From positions 96,001 to 160,000 of IMG/VR virus record IMGVR_UViG_3300022752_000018: 64,000 nucleotides of DNA. One strand, given 5' to 3'. Positions 7,030-17,107 of this stretch are shown piece by piece. This DNA is from a virus. How positions within the stretch are numbered: position 1 is the first letter of the stretch; every line of letters starts with the position of its first letter. The position numbers were made by a program, and so were the translations under genes. The notes beneath the pieces were generated by a model, which was given only the letters and a program-made list of their open reading frames with translations, made no database searches and was not told the origin of the DNA.

Positions 7030-8043
7030 ATGCCATTTACAGATTTAGCAAATAGTTTTTCCAATGTAGTTAATACAGCTAAAAATGCTTTAACATCTGG
7101 TATAGATAATTTTATGAGTAGTATCAGGAGTATTAATGTACGTCCTAATGTATTTAATACAAATTATACCAGATCACCCACAGTTGTACCAACTTTTCAA
7201 GATAGTGGACCTGGTGCCGATTGGCGTGTAAAATTAAGCGTACCTAGGGGTGGGATATGGAATAGTAATCTCTTTGATCCTTTAAGAGAGGCAGGCGGGT
7301 TAGTTTTTCCCTACACACCAACTATAACAATCAATCATTCGGCTAACTATGCTGACCATCCAGTGACACATCAAAATTATCAATTTTTAGCATATCAAAA
7401 TAGTAGAGTAAGTGATATAACAATTGTAGGTGATTTTATTGTAGAGGATAATGCCCAAGCTCAATATTGGTTAAGTGCTGTACATTTTTTAAGGAGTGTG
7501 ACTAAAATGTACACCGGTGAAGATCCATCAACAGCAGGTAACCCACCGCCCTTATTAGAATTCAATGCTTATGGGGACTATGTTTTCAAAAATATTCCTG
7601 TAGTTGTCAAAAGTTTTAGTTTAACTCTTCCTAAAGAAGTGGATTATATAACAACAAGAATTAATCAACTACCCAGTACAAGAGTATCAGGCGCCAGTAT
7701 GTTTGATGGTTCCATATCTGGTGGATCAAATTCATTCGGAAAAAATGCCAGCTTGTTAGCCGGAGTTGCCAGTGCTGTTGGCCAAACAAAAATTGCCGGC
7801 TTACTGAATGCGGCCAATGGGTTGTCTAATTTTTTAAACGGAAACTCTGTTTCAACAAATATTAGAGGAGGAACTATAGGTACTATAGCACCAGGGTCAG
7901 TAGGTGATGCCAATGATAGCCATGTGCCAACTCAAAGTAGTTTTTCAGTAATTTTAACACCTGTATATAGTAGAACAGCAGTTAAAGATTTTAGCCTAGC
8001 TAAATTTGTCAAGGGCGATTATGTTAAGAATGGATATCTATAA
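7030..8043 (+). CDS. Baseplate/tail-tube initiator protein (gp48/gp54-like)
   Basis: DWRVKLS, LVFPYTPTI, AVHFLRSVTKM, GNPPPLLEFNAYG…PVVVKSFS motifs typical of tube-fold baseplate proteins; first gene of the baseplate operon. Confidence 0.65.
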   Translation: MPFTDLANSFSNVVNTAKNALTSGIDNFMSSIRSINVRPNVFNTNYTRSPTVVPTFQDSGPGADWRVKLSVPRGGIWNSNLFDPLREAGGLVFPYTPTITINHSANYADHPVTHQNYQFLAYQNSRVSDITIVGDFIVEDNAQAQYWLSAVHFLRSVTKMYTGEDPSTAGNPPPLLEFNAYGDYVFKNIPVVVKSFSLTLPKEVDYITTRINQLPSTRVSGASMFDGSISGGSNSFGKNASLLAGVASAVGQTKIAGLLNAANGLSNFLNGNSVSTNIRGGTIGTIAPGSVGDANDSHVPTQSSFSVILTPVYSRTAVKDFSLAKFVKGDYVKNGYL

Positions 8044-8345
8044 TGGCAGCAAATTATAAAAGTTCAAGTCCTTGGTATACTACTCCTGTAATAAAAGATA
8101 GGTTATCCATTCTTAATATTAGAACTATTATTGCAGAACCAGATGATTATTTGTATACAATAGAAAGTCAATATGCCTATAGGCCAGATTTATTGGCCTA
8201 TGATTTATATAGGGACTATAATTTATGGTGGGTATTCACACAAAGAAATTTAGATGTTATACAAGATCCTATTTTTGATTTTGTACCAGGAGTACAGATT
8301 TTTATACCAAAACCAGATATGTTAAGAAAATCGTTAGGAACGTAG
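8043..8345 (+). CDS. Baseplate wedge protein, gp53/LysM-like
   Basis: YRPDLLAYDLY…LWWVF…N motif; TAATG coupling with the upstream gene. Confidence 0.75.
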   Translation: MAANYKSSSPWYTTPVIKDRLSILNIRTIIAEPDDYLYTIESQYAYRPDLLAYDLYRDYNLWWVFTQRNLDVIQDPIFDFVPGVQIFIPKPDMLRKSLGT

Positions 8346-8346
8346 T

Positions 8347-10860
8347 ATGGGTTTAAATTTTAAAAATATAGCTAAAGCAGCAGTAGCAACAGCAGCAGCA
8401 GGCGCAGCAGTCAAAGTACTTTCGGGCACTAATCCAGCAGCTGGAATACAATCTGCTATCAGCAGCATTGGAAATAGTGTAAACAATTTAGCAAGTAATT
8501 TAAACAGTTCAATCAATAACGCATTAAGTATCCCAGGGTTTTCAGGATTAAATTTAGCTAATCTAAATATATCTAGTTTTGATTTTAGTGCGGGAAATTT
8601 TATATCATTAATTAACCCAAATAACAGTGAAGAAGGTGAGATTGCCGTTTATGATCAAGATCCCCCATTTCCTAATGAACTTCACAATTATGCCAGTTAT
8701 AACTATATTTGGACATTGAGTGGATTGAGTAGAAATCATTTAAATTTTCCAGATGATAGTTATAGAAAAGGAATCTTAGGTCCTATTATTTTAAAATCAG
8801 GTTCAGGTGATCCAGATAATAGAATATCATTAGAAGATTATGCCAGCTCCGCAAATCCTAGTGGAAAATTTGAATATTTTATTGACAATGTTAGAATAAC
8901 TGGTGTAACTGGATTAGACAAGGTAACTGGTAATACCAACAGTACAGGAATAACGTTCAATGTAATTGAGCCTTACAGCATAGGATTATTCTTTGGGGCT
9001 ATAGAAACTTGTTCAAGACAATTAAAATATTCAAACTGGGTGGAGATGCCTTTATTATTAAGTTTAGAATTTACGGGACATGAGGATACACGTTTTCAAA
9101 ATGTTTTTCATACTGTACAAAAAAAGTATTTTCCCTTAAAAATCATGCAAATTCAAATGCGTGTAACCGAAAAAGGTGCTGTTTATGAATGTACGGCAGT
9201 ACCTTGGAATGAACGTGCTTATAGTAGACAAATTTCCACTATTAAAAGCGATGTTACTTGTACAGGAAGAACTGTACAAGAAATGTTACAAAAAGATGGT
9301 CCAAATAATTCTAGAAGTTTTCAAACAATTGTAAATGATTCATTGGCTAGTCAGGCTGTGGCCATGAGTCAAGGTAAGGAGCCCATAGTACCAGACAGAA
9401 TTTTAATATTGTTTCCTATAGAAACAGCAACTGGGACTGGTTCATACGGAGATATAGATTCTAGTAGTCCTGCTGGGGCAACAACATCCGGCCTCAATAA
9501 TAATAGTGACCAAGGTGTGGCAGAGAAATTAGGTGTTGAACTAGAAGGGATAAATTATGTTCAAAACACTAATATAAGCCCAATAGGCCTAGCAGATATG
9601 GGATTTATTGATCAGAAAAAAGCTGAAGCAGTGTTTGGCAAAGAAGGCACGGTTTATGATCCAGATAAAAAAGTTTTTGTTCGAGGTAATGTAACTATTT
9701 CTTCTAAAGAAGGCTTGGCAACATTCAAACAAGGACAAACAATACCTAATATTATAAATCAAATTATTTTAAGCAGTGATTATGGAAGGCAAGCATTAGA
9801 TCCAAATAATTTTGACGAACAAGGTTATATAAATTGGTGGAGAATTACCACACAAATGTACTTACTCGAAGGCGAAAATAATATGAGTCAAACAGGTAAG
9901 TATCCATTTTTAACAGTTTACAGAGTAATACCTCATAAGGTTCATCACAGTAGGTTCATGCAAACAGATCAAAAACCAAAAAGTGAAGAAGTTAAAAATA
10001 CAGTGGTTAAAAGATATGATTATCTATATACCAGTAAAAATATTGATATTTTAGATTTTCAAATTGATTTTAATGCTGGATTTTATACTTCTTTACCAGC
10101 AGATAGTGGAAGATTTAATAAGGATATTCAAACTAGGAATCAGACGGCCAGTGATGCTACCCCCAGTAAACCAATTATTGAAAATGGAAAATTATCTTCT
10201 CATCGCATAGATTCCAATGGTAATAAATATGATGCCTCATCAGAATATGCGTCTGGAATGCATGGTAATTATAGAGTAGGTGATACGTTGTCACAATTAG
10301 TACAAATTAGAAATGCAGAAATAGATATAGGGGCTAATCAAGGAGGTACTGCTGGTGAAGATCCAGGTAGAATTGCTGCAAGAAGTTTTCATAAGGCTAT
10401 AAATTCTATGGCAGAAATGTGTAATTTAAATATGAAAATTTTAGGAGATCCTTTTTATCTAGGTGATAGTGGTATGGGCAATTATACAGCTCCAGCGTCA
10501 AATGTACGAGGAGCAACTGCAGATAAGAGCATAAATTATCAAAGAGGCGAAGTTTATATAGAAGTTAATTTTAGAAATCCCATAGATATTAATCATTTAA
10601 CTGGTCATTACGATTTTCCTTCAGCAGAAACATTACCGGCTTTTAGTGGATTATATAGGGTAGGTACTGTAGAAAGCACTTTTAATAGAGGAACTTTCAC
10701 TCAAAGTCTACAATTACAACGTATGCAAAACCAACAGATTAAGGCTAGTCCAACATCTAGACCTGATACTGCTGCTGGTGATTTGAATAATAATTTCAAA
10801 CCAGGTGATTCAATAGATAGAGTTGAATATGAAGGTGACGAATCAGGTGAGTGGACCTAA
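8347..10860 (+). CDS. Baseplate central hub protein (gp27/gpD-like)
   Basis: Position between gp53- and gp5-like genes; NELHNYASYNYIWTL N-terminus; ILGDPFYL and FSGLYRV…VESTF…FTQ.L.L.R C-terminus. Confidence 0.6.
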   Translation: MGLNFKNIAKAAVATAAAGAAVKVLSGTNPAAGIQSAISSIGNSVNNLASNLNSSINNALSIPGFSGLNLANLNISSFDFSAGNFISLINPNNSEEGEIAVYDQDPPFPNELHNYASYNYIWTLSGLSRNHLNFPDDSYRKGILGPIILKSGSGDPDNRISLEDYASSANPSGKFEYFIDNVRITGVTGLDKVTGNTNSTGITFNVIEPYSIGLFFGAIETCSRQLKYSNWVEMPLLLSLEFTGHEDTRFQNVFHTVQKKYFPLKIMQIQMRVTEKGAVYECTAVPWNERAYSRQISTIKSDVTCTGRTVQEMLQKDGPNNSRSFQTIVNDSLASQAVAMSQGKEPIVPDRILILFPIETATGTGSYGDIDSSSPAGATTSGLNNNSDQGVAEKLGVELEGINYVQNTNISPIGLADMGFIDQKKAEAVFGKEGTVYDPDKKVFVRGNVTISSKEGLATFKQGQTIPNIINQIILSSDYGRQALDPNNFDEQGYINWWRITTQMYLLEGENNMSQTGKYPFLTVYRVIPHKVHHSRFMQTDQKPKSEEVKNTVVKRYDYLYTSKNIDILDFQIDFNAGFYTSLPADSGRFNKDIQTRNQTASDATPSKPIIENGKLSSHRIDSNGNKYDASSEYASGMHGNYRVGDTLSQLVQIRNAEIDIGANQGGTAGEDPGRIAARSFHKAINSMAEMCNLNMKILGDPFYLGDSGMGNYTAPASNVRGATADKSINYQRGEVYIEVNFRNPIDINHLTGHYDFPSAETLPAFSGLYRVGTVESTFNRGTFTQSLQLQRMQNQQIKASPTSRPDTAAGDLNNNFKPGDSIDRVEYEGDESGEWT

Positions 10861-13034
10861 TGGCTACAGAAGATAGACCATCAATTGATTCTGGTAGTGT
10901 CTATAATGTGCCTCATTTGGCCATAGTACGTGGTCATCTAGATCCTAAATACATGGGGGCATTGGAGGTACAATTATTAAAACAAGTTGGTGGTGCCCCT
11001 AAGGCAGAAGGTGAAGTTTATCAAGTAAAATATGCCAGTCCATTTTGGGGGCAAACACACGAAGATTATAACTCTACAGAAAACACCTATGAAGGAACTC
11101 AAAAAAGTTATGGTATGTGGATGATACCACCTGATGTAGGCAGCACTGTAATAGTTATATTTGCTGAAGGTGATAGTAAACAAGGTTATTATATTGCCTG
11201 CGTACAGGATCTAGATATGAACTTTATGGTTCCCGGGTTTGCCGCAACTTCCTATGTTATAGAGGGAGAAGAAGAACGCGAACCAGTAGCGGAATATAAT
11301 AAAAAAGCAGATCAACCAATATTAAAAGATACTGCCAAGATGCCCAAACCTAGGCATATATATCAAACTCAATCCTTAAAAGATCAGGGTCTTATAAAAG
11401 ATGACACCAGGGGTATAACAACTAGTAGTGCCAAAAGAGAAATACCAAGTATGGTATTCGGTATCAGTACTCCTGGCCCAATTGATAAAGAAGGTCCTAC
11501 AGGTAAAATTGGTAAAACAAGACACGAAGCTCGTGGTTATACGCATAGCAGATTAGGTGGATCTAGTTTTGTCATGGATGATGGTGATGATAAATTTGAA
11601 CGCAAGACTACTCCGTCTGAAGGACCTCCAGAATATATTAATGTTGAAGATAGCTATGAAGGTGGATTAAAAAAAGTACCACATAACGAATTAATTAGAT
11701 TGAGGACTAGGACTGGCCATCAGATTTTATTACATAATAGTGAAGATTTAATTTATATAGTTAATAGTAGAGGTACGGCTTGGATTGAGATTACCAGTGA
11801 TGGAAAGATTGATATCTTTAGTGAAGATAATATTACTGCTAGAACTAAAAAAGATTTTAACTTATTCTGTGATCGTGATTTTAATTTAGAAGTGGGGAGA
11901 AATTATAATTTAAAAGTTCATGGTGAAATGCATACTAATATAGGTAAAGACCATGTACTTATAATTGATCGAGATCAAAAAATACATGTAAAACGTAGAA
12001 AAGACGAAACCATAGAAGAGGAATATCGTCAAACAGTCAACGATCATGTAAAAAAATATTTCGCTAAAGACTATACACATAATTTTGACCAAAGAGTAGA
12101 TATTAGAATTGCCAATGCTGCCAGCTTACATATTGGCAATGGGCCAGCTGAACCAGGATTTGCTCCTATGGAATCTACTAGACAAGAGCCCGAGGATCCT
12201 ATGAGCAGTGATGAATCTACATCTACTCCAGTGGAGGATGTCAATGGTCCTACTCCTGATCGTGTTGATATTTTTTTATATAAGGATCTACGTATAGCTA
12301 ATGTAGGTACTAATGTTGAACGTACCATAGATGGATATTTAAAAACTAAAGTAAAAGGTGCTGTTGATATAAACACAGACGCAGCTTGGAAACAAACTAA
12401 TAAAGGTGATGTTGATATTAAAGTTGGTGGTACTACTAAGATATCAACTGGAGGTGAAATGAACCTAAAAGCAGGTGGTGCTACAAAAATAAGTTCAGGT
12501 GGTGCTACAAATATCAAGTCTGATGGTAATAATAATTTTCAGTCTGGTGGAGGTACTAATATTAAAAGTGGTGGACAAATACTTTTAGGTGGTAGCAAGA
12601 TTCATTTGAATGGACCTAGTCCAGGTGGTGCTAGCAGTGCCAGCGATGCTAGTCAAGCAGCAATAGCCGAACTACCAGAAGAAGCTAGAAAAACAGCTAA
12701 GGCTACTATACCCTTATATTTAAAAACTCATAACTTGCCAGATTTAGAAGCACAAAATCAATGGGAATCCTTATCTAAATTAGATACCATATTACGTAGA
12801 GTTCCTACATATGAGCCTTATCCACATCATGAACATTTAGATCCTATAAAATTCAAACCTAAAAAAGAAGGTGAAAGCCCAGGTTTAGATAGGGACAGCG
12901 ATGAAAGATATAGACCAGCTGACGACCTAACCCCAACTGAAACACTCGCTGAACCTCCTGAATATTGGAGAAAATATACTACAGTTACAGACACTTTTGC
13001 CAAAATTAGGTTAGGAGAACCAGGTGATGCGTAA
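10860..13034 (+). CDS. Baseplate spike, gp5/VgrG-like, with no lysozyme domain
   Basis: OB-fold (DPKYMGALEV, YGMWMIPPDVG), IRLRTRTGHQILL, short beta-helix repeats (GGATKISSGGATNIKS), GSKIHLN, PTYEPYPHHE. ATG 10860 overlaps the upstream TAA. Confidence 0.8.
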   Translation: MATEDRPSIDSGSVYNVPHLAIVRGHLDPKYMGALEVQLLKQVGGAPKAEGEVYQVKYASPFWGQTHEDYNSTENTYEGTQKSYGMWMIPPDVGSTVIVIFAEGDSKQGYYIACVQDLDMNFMVPGFAATSYVIEGEEEREPVAEYNKKADQPILKDTAKMPKPRHIYQTQSLKDQGLIKDDTRGITTSSAKREIPSMVFGISTPGPIDKEGPTGKIGKTRHEARGYTHSRLGGSSFVMDDGDDKFERKTTPSEGPPEYINVEDSYEGGLKKVPHNELIRLRTRTGHQILLHNSEDLIYIVNSRGTAWIEITSDGKIDIFSEDNITARTKKDFNLFCDRDFNLEVGRNYNLKVHGEMHTNIGKDHVLIIDRDQKIHVKRRKDETIEEEYRQTVNDHVKKYFAKDYTHNFDQRVDIRIANAASLHIGNGPAEPGFAPMESTRQEPEDPMSSDESTSTPVEDVNGPTPDRVDIFLYKDLRIANVGTNVERTIDGYLKTKVKGAVDINTDAAWKQTNKGDVDIKVGGTTKISTGGEMNLKAGGATKISSGGATNIKSDGNNNFQSGGGTNIKSGGQILLGGSKIHLNGPSPGGASSASDASQAAIAELPEEARKTAKATIPLYLKTHNLPDLEAQNQWESLSKLDTILRRVPTYEPYPHHEHLDPIKFKPKKEGESPGLDRDSDERYRPADDLTPTETLAEPPEYWRKYTTVTDTFAKIRLGEPGDA

Positions 13035-13467
13035 TAAAAGTTTATATCAAAAAATAGTAGTAAAAGGTAATCAGTCAAAAGAACAAATCCCTTTACCTAG
13101 GACTTATAAAGGATTCAGCACGATTAATACTGAAAGTGAAAATTTTAAATTATTTGATCTTAATTTAATAAAACAGGATTTGATCAACCATTTTCATATA
13201 AAACAAGGAGAAAAATTGGGGAATCCTACATTTGGTACTATTATTTGGGATCTTTTATTCGAACCATTAACTACAGATCTTAAAGAGCTGGTTATTAAAG
13301 ATGTTGAACGAATTTTTAATTATGATCCTAGAATAACTGCCCAAAATATAGTTATAACTGCCTATGAATCAGGTCTACAAGTTGAATGTGAATTAACTTA
13401 TTTGCCCTATAACATATCAGAAGTACTAAAATTTAAATTCGATGAAAAAATAGGATTAATTGGTTAA
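13027..13467 (+). CDS. gp25: Baseplate wedge subunit, gp25-like
   Basis: YKGFST, LIKQDLINHF.IKQGEKL.NP.FGT.IW.LLFEP, YDPR motifs. Confidence 0.9.
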   Translation: MRNKSLYQKIVVKGNQSKEQIPLPRTYKGFSTINTESENFKLFDLNLIKQDLINHFHIKQGEKLGNPTFGTIIWDLLFEPLTTDLKELVIKDVERIFNYDPRITAQNIVITAYESGLQVECELTYLPYNISEVLKFKFDEKIGLIG

Positions 13468-13488
13468 GTTAGTAGTTAATTACCGAAA

Positions 13489-13495
13489 ATAAATA
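13489..13495 (+). promoter_or_regulatory. Late promoter-like ATAAATA
   Basis: In the 46-bp gap, with SD AAGGA before ATG 13514. Confidence 0.55.
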
Positions 13496-13513
13496 TTTCA
13501 TTAAGGATAAAAC

Positions 13514-16500
13514 ATGTCATCAACAGATAGACAAAATAGATTACTAGTAGCTGAGGATTGGCGTAAGATATATCAGAGTTTTAGAAACGCAGATTTCCAA
13601 AGTTATGATTTTGAAAATCTACGTAGGGTAATGATTGACTATCTTAGACAAAATTATCCAGAAGATTTTAATGATTATATAGAAAGCAGCGAATATCTAG
13701 CATTAATTGATATGATTGCTTTTTTAGGACAAAGCTATGCCTATAGAGTAGATTTAAACGCAAGAGAAAACTTTTTAGAATTAGCAGAACGTAGAGAAAG
13801 TGTGCTAAGGTTAGCACGTACACTTAGTTACAATGCCAAACGTAATCAAGCTGGGAATGGACTCTTAAAATGGCAAAGTATTACCACAAGCCAATCTATT
13901 TTAGATGGCAATGGAAGAAACCTAGCAGGCCAAGAAATATTATGGAATGACCCCAGTAATAATCAATGGTTTGATCAATTCATAAGAGTATTAAATGCCG
14001 CCATGCCCATTAGTGCTCAATTTGGCACTCCAAATAATAAGGGAATAATCTACAATATCCCCACTGAACAATATACTATACAAACTACAAATAATACTAT
14101 TCCCGTTTATTCTTTTAATAAAACTATAGATAGTAGAGCCATGTCTTTTGAAATCACCAGCACTATTATAAAAGATAATCAAGATATTGCTGAAGATCCA
14201 CCATTAGGTGGCAAAAATCTAAGTTTTATCTATAGAGATGATGGAAAGGGCAGTGCCAGTCCAGCTAACGGATTCTTTAGTCATTTTAGACAAGGTACTT
14301 TACAAACAGGAACTTTTAGCATACCTCAACCTAGTAACAACGAAATAATTGATATTGATTCAAATAATATCAATGATACAGATGTATGGCTGTACAAATT
14401 AGATTCAAGAGGTGTTGAGTCTGAATATTGGATAGCAGTGCCTAATTTTGAAGCTAATAATGTAATTTATAATAGTCTTAACAAAAAAATTAGGAACATT
14501 TATAATATCATAACACGAGTAGATGATAGGATCAGCATTGCTTTTAGTGATGGATTATTTGGAAACTTGCCTCTAGGTAGTTTCAGGATATATTATAGAG
14601 TTAGTAATGGATTAAACTATACTATAAATCCTAGAGATATGCGTAGTGTGAATTTAGAGATACCATATATTTCTAATACAGGTCAGATAGAATTACTTAG
14701 TATATCTATGAATTTACAGACATCTGTGAGCAATAGTGCTTCAACAGAATCTAATCAACAAATAAAACAAAAAGCTCCCGGAACATATTATACTCAAAAT
14801 AGAATGATTACAGCAGAAGACTATAATCTTAGTCCATTAGCTGTAAATCAAGATGTATTAAAAGTTAAATCAGTGAATAGAACTAGTAGTGGTATTAGTA
14901 GATATTTTGATCTTACTGATCCTACAGGCAAATACAGTAATATAAATTTATTTTCAGATGATGGTGTTGCTTACAAAGAAGAATATGAGGATATTTTTAA
15001 ATTTTCTTATAATACTACTGTTGAAATTGAAGGAATAATCAATAATAAAATATTAGATTCGTTAAGAGACATAGGATTACGTAATTTTTTCTATGATAAA
15101 TTTAGTAGAATTAGTATAGGTGCTGATTTGATTTATAAATGGAACAAAGTAACTGTAAGTGTAAATGAATCTACAGGTTATCTAACAGATGCAAGTAATT
15201 CCAAGGTAGGGTATGATGTTACTACTATATTAAAAAATTTAGAAATTGGAACAATTTTAAAATTTGTAGCTCCATCTGGAAAATACTTTATTAAAGACAG
15301 TAATAATGATCTGATAACAACTTCGGAAAATACACCTAATGCCACAACTTATCTTTGGGCCAAAATTATATCAATCTCAAATAACGGGATTAATTTGTTG
15401 AATGATGGTAGCGGACCAGTAAAAATAACTACAGAAATACCAACCGGTGCTATTTTAGATCAAATCATACCACAATGGACTACTAATTTAAGTAGTAGTA
15501 TAATTACTACCATGGTTAATCTTATTTTTACAAATAAGCCATTTGGTTTAAGGTATGACCTAACTGAGAAATCATGGAAAATAGTTTTTGAAAATGATTT
15601 AAATTTAATCAGCAACTTTAATATTGGTAAAGCTGGTGATAATACTAATCAAAGATTAGATGCTAGTTGGTTATTATTATTCACAACTGATACAGAAGTA
15701 TATACTGTAAAATATAGAAAATTAAGGTATGTTTTTGAAAGTGATAAGAAAATAAGATTCTATTTAGACAATACCAAAAAAATATTTGATGTAAAATCTG
15801 GTATTGTAGTCAAGGATAAAATTAAAATTTTAGGTATTAATAATAAACCAAATACAACTAATTTTTTTACCTATGATTTAGATTGGCAAATTCATAATGA
15901 GTTTGTGGGTACTGATGGTTATGTTGATACTAAAAAACTTGAAATAACATTTAATGATAGTAATGATGATGGCATAGTAGATGATCCAGATATTTTTGAT
16001 ATATTAACTGTGCCCTCATACTCAATATGGAACTCTAATACAACATATTCAAAAGGATCTTTTGTTTTATACAGTAATAGAATTTATGAATCACTAGTAA
16101 ATGATAATTTTAATAATGAACCATTAATAAAAAATGGTGTAAATTTAGCTTTGAATAATTTTTATTGGCGTATTAATTATGGAAATTATGTAATATTAGA
16201 AAAATATGAAACTAGCACTGGTATAACAGATTATAGATACATCCCAAACAATAATATTGTTAAGATTGTAGGTTTAGAATCTGATGGATTATACGATTAT
16301 AATCGTTTAGGATTGACAAAAGATCAATATTATTATTTTTCCGATACTAATTTATTGGCCAAACGGAGTTATAATGAAAGTAGATGGATTTATAATTTAG
16401 ATTATAAAGTTTTTATAGGTAGATCAAATCTAAAATTTCAATATATTCATAATGCTGATTATGAATCTAGAATAGATCCAGGTCATGTTAACATAATGGA

Positions 16501-17107
16501 CATATATGTATTATCTAGGAATTATGATATAGAATATAGAAGATGGATTGCCGGTGCTATAGAAAATGAACCTTTACCACCCAGTAGTGATCAGCTAAGT
16601 TTAATCATGGCACCAATGCTAAATCCAATAAAAGCTATGAGTGATGAAATTATCTATCATCCTACTAGGTATAAAATTTTATTTGGCATTAGGGCTAATC
16701 CAAACTTACGTGCTAGTTTTAAAGTTATTAAAAATCTAGATCAAACACTAAGTGATAATGAAGTAAGAGCTAGAGTTTTAGCAGCAATAAATGAATTCTT
16801 TGTAATTGAAAATTGGGATTTTGGTGACACTTTTTACTTTAGTGAATTAGTTGCCTATATAATGAATAGAACAGCACCCTATATTTTAAATATTGTAATT
16901 GTACCAAGGCAAGCTAATTTGAATTTTGGAAGTTTATTTGAGATTAAAAGTGAAAGTGATGAAGTTTTTATAAATGGAGCTACCACTGAAGATATTGAAA
17001 TAGTAGATTCATTAACTTCAAGTAATTTATCTGCTCGAGGTTCAATTAATACTACTACTAACATAGTTAGTAGACAAAATATTACCAGTAGTCAAGGAAG
17101 ATATTAA
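13514..17107 (+). CDS. gp6: Baseplate wedge protein, gp6-like
   Basis: SYDFENLR, DYIESSEY.ALID.IA, ENFLELAERRESVLRLA..LSY, QNRMITAEDY motifs. Confidence 0.85.
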   Translation: MSSTDRQNRLLVAEDWRKIYQSFRNADFQSYDFENLRRVMIDYLRQNYPEDFNDYIESSEYLALIDMIAFLGQSYAYRVDLNARENFLELAERRESVLRLARTLSYNAKRNQAGNGLLKWQSITTSQSILDGNGRNLAGQEILWNDPSNNQWFDQFIRVLNAAMPISAQFGTPNNKGIIYNIPTEQYTIQTTNNTIPVYSFNKTIDSRAMSFEITSTIIKDNQDIAEDPPLGGKNLSFIYRDDGKGSASPANGFFSHFRQGTLQTGTFSIPQPSNNEIIDIDSNNINDTDVWLYKLDSRGVESEYWIAVPNFEANNVIYNSLNKKIRNIYNIITRVDDRISIAFSDGLFGNLPLGSFRIYYRVSNGLNYTINPRDMRSVNLEIPYISNTGQIELLSISMNLQTSVSNSASTESNQQIKQKAPGTYYTQNRMITAEDYNLSPLAVNQDVLKVKSVNRTSSGISRYFDLTDPTGKYSNINLFSDDGVAYKEEYEDIFKFSYNTTVEIEGIINNKILDSLRDIGLRNFFYDKFSRISIGADLIYKWNKVTVSVNESTGYLTDASNSKVGYDVTTILKNLEIGTILKFVAPSGKYFIKDSNNDLITTSENTPNATTYLWAKIISISNNGINLLNDGSGPVKITTEIPTGAILDQIIPQWTTNLSSSIITTMVNLIFTNKPFGLRYDLTEKSWKIVFENDLNLISNFNIGKAGDNTNQRLDASWLLLFTTDTEVYTVKYRKLRYVFESDKKIRFYLDNTKKIFDVKSGIVVKDKIKILGINNKPNTTNFFTYDLDWQIHNEFVGTDGYVDTKKLEITFNDSNDDGIVDDPDIFDILTVPSYSIWNSNTTYSKGSFVLYSNRIYESLVNDNFNNEPLIKNGVNLALNNFYWRINYGNYVILEKYETSTGITDYRYIPNNNIVKIVGLESDGLYDYNRLGLTKDQYYYFSDTNLLAKRSYNESRWIYNLDYKVFIGRSNLKFQYIHNADYESRIDPGHVNIMDIYVLSRNYDIEYRRWIAGAIENEPLPPSSDQLSLIMAPMLNPIKAMSDEIIYHPTRYKILFGIRANPNLRASFKVIKNLDQTLSDNEVRARVLAAINEFFVIENWDFGDTFYFSELVAYIMNRTAPYILNIVIVPRQANLNFGSLFEIKSESDEVFINGATTEDIEIVDSLTSSNLSARGSINTTTNIVSRQNITSSQGRY

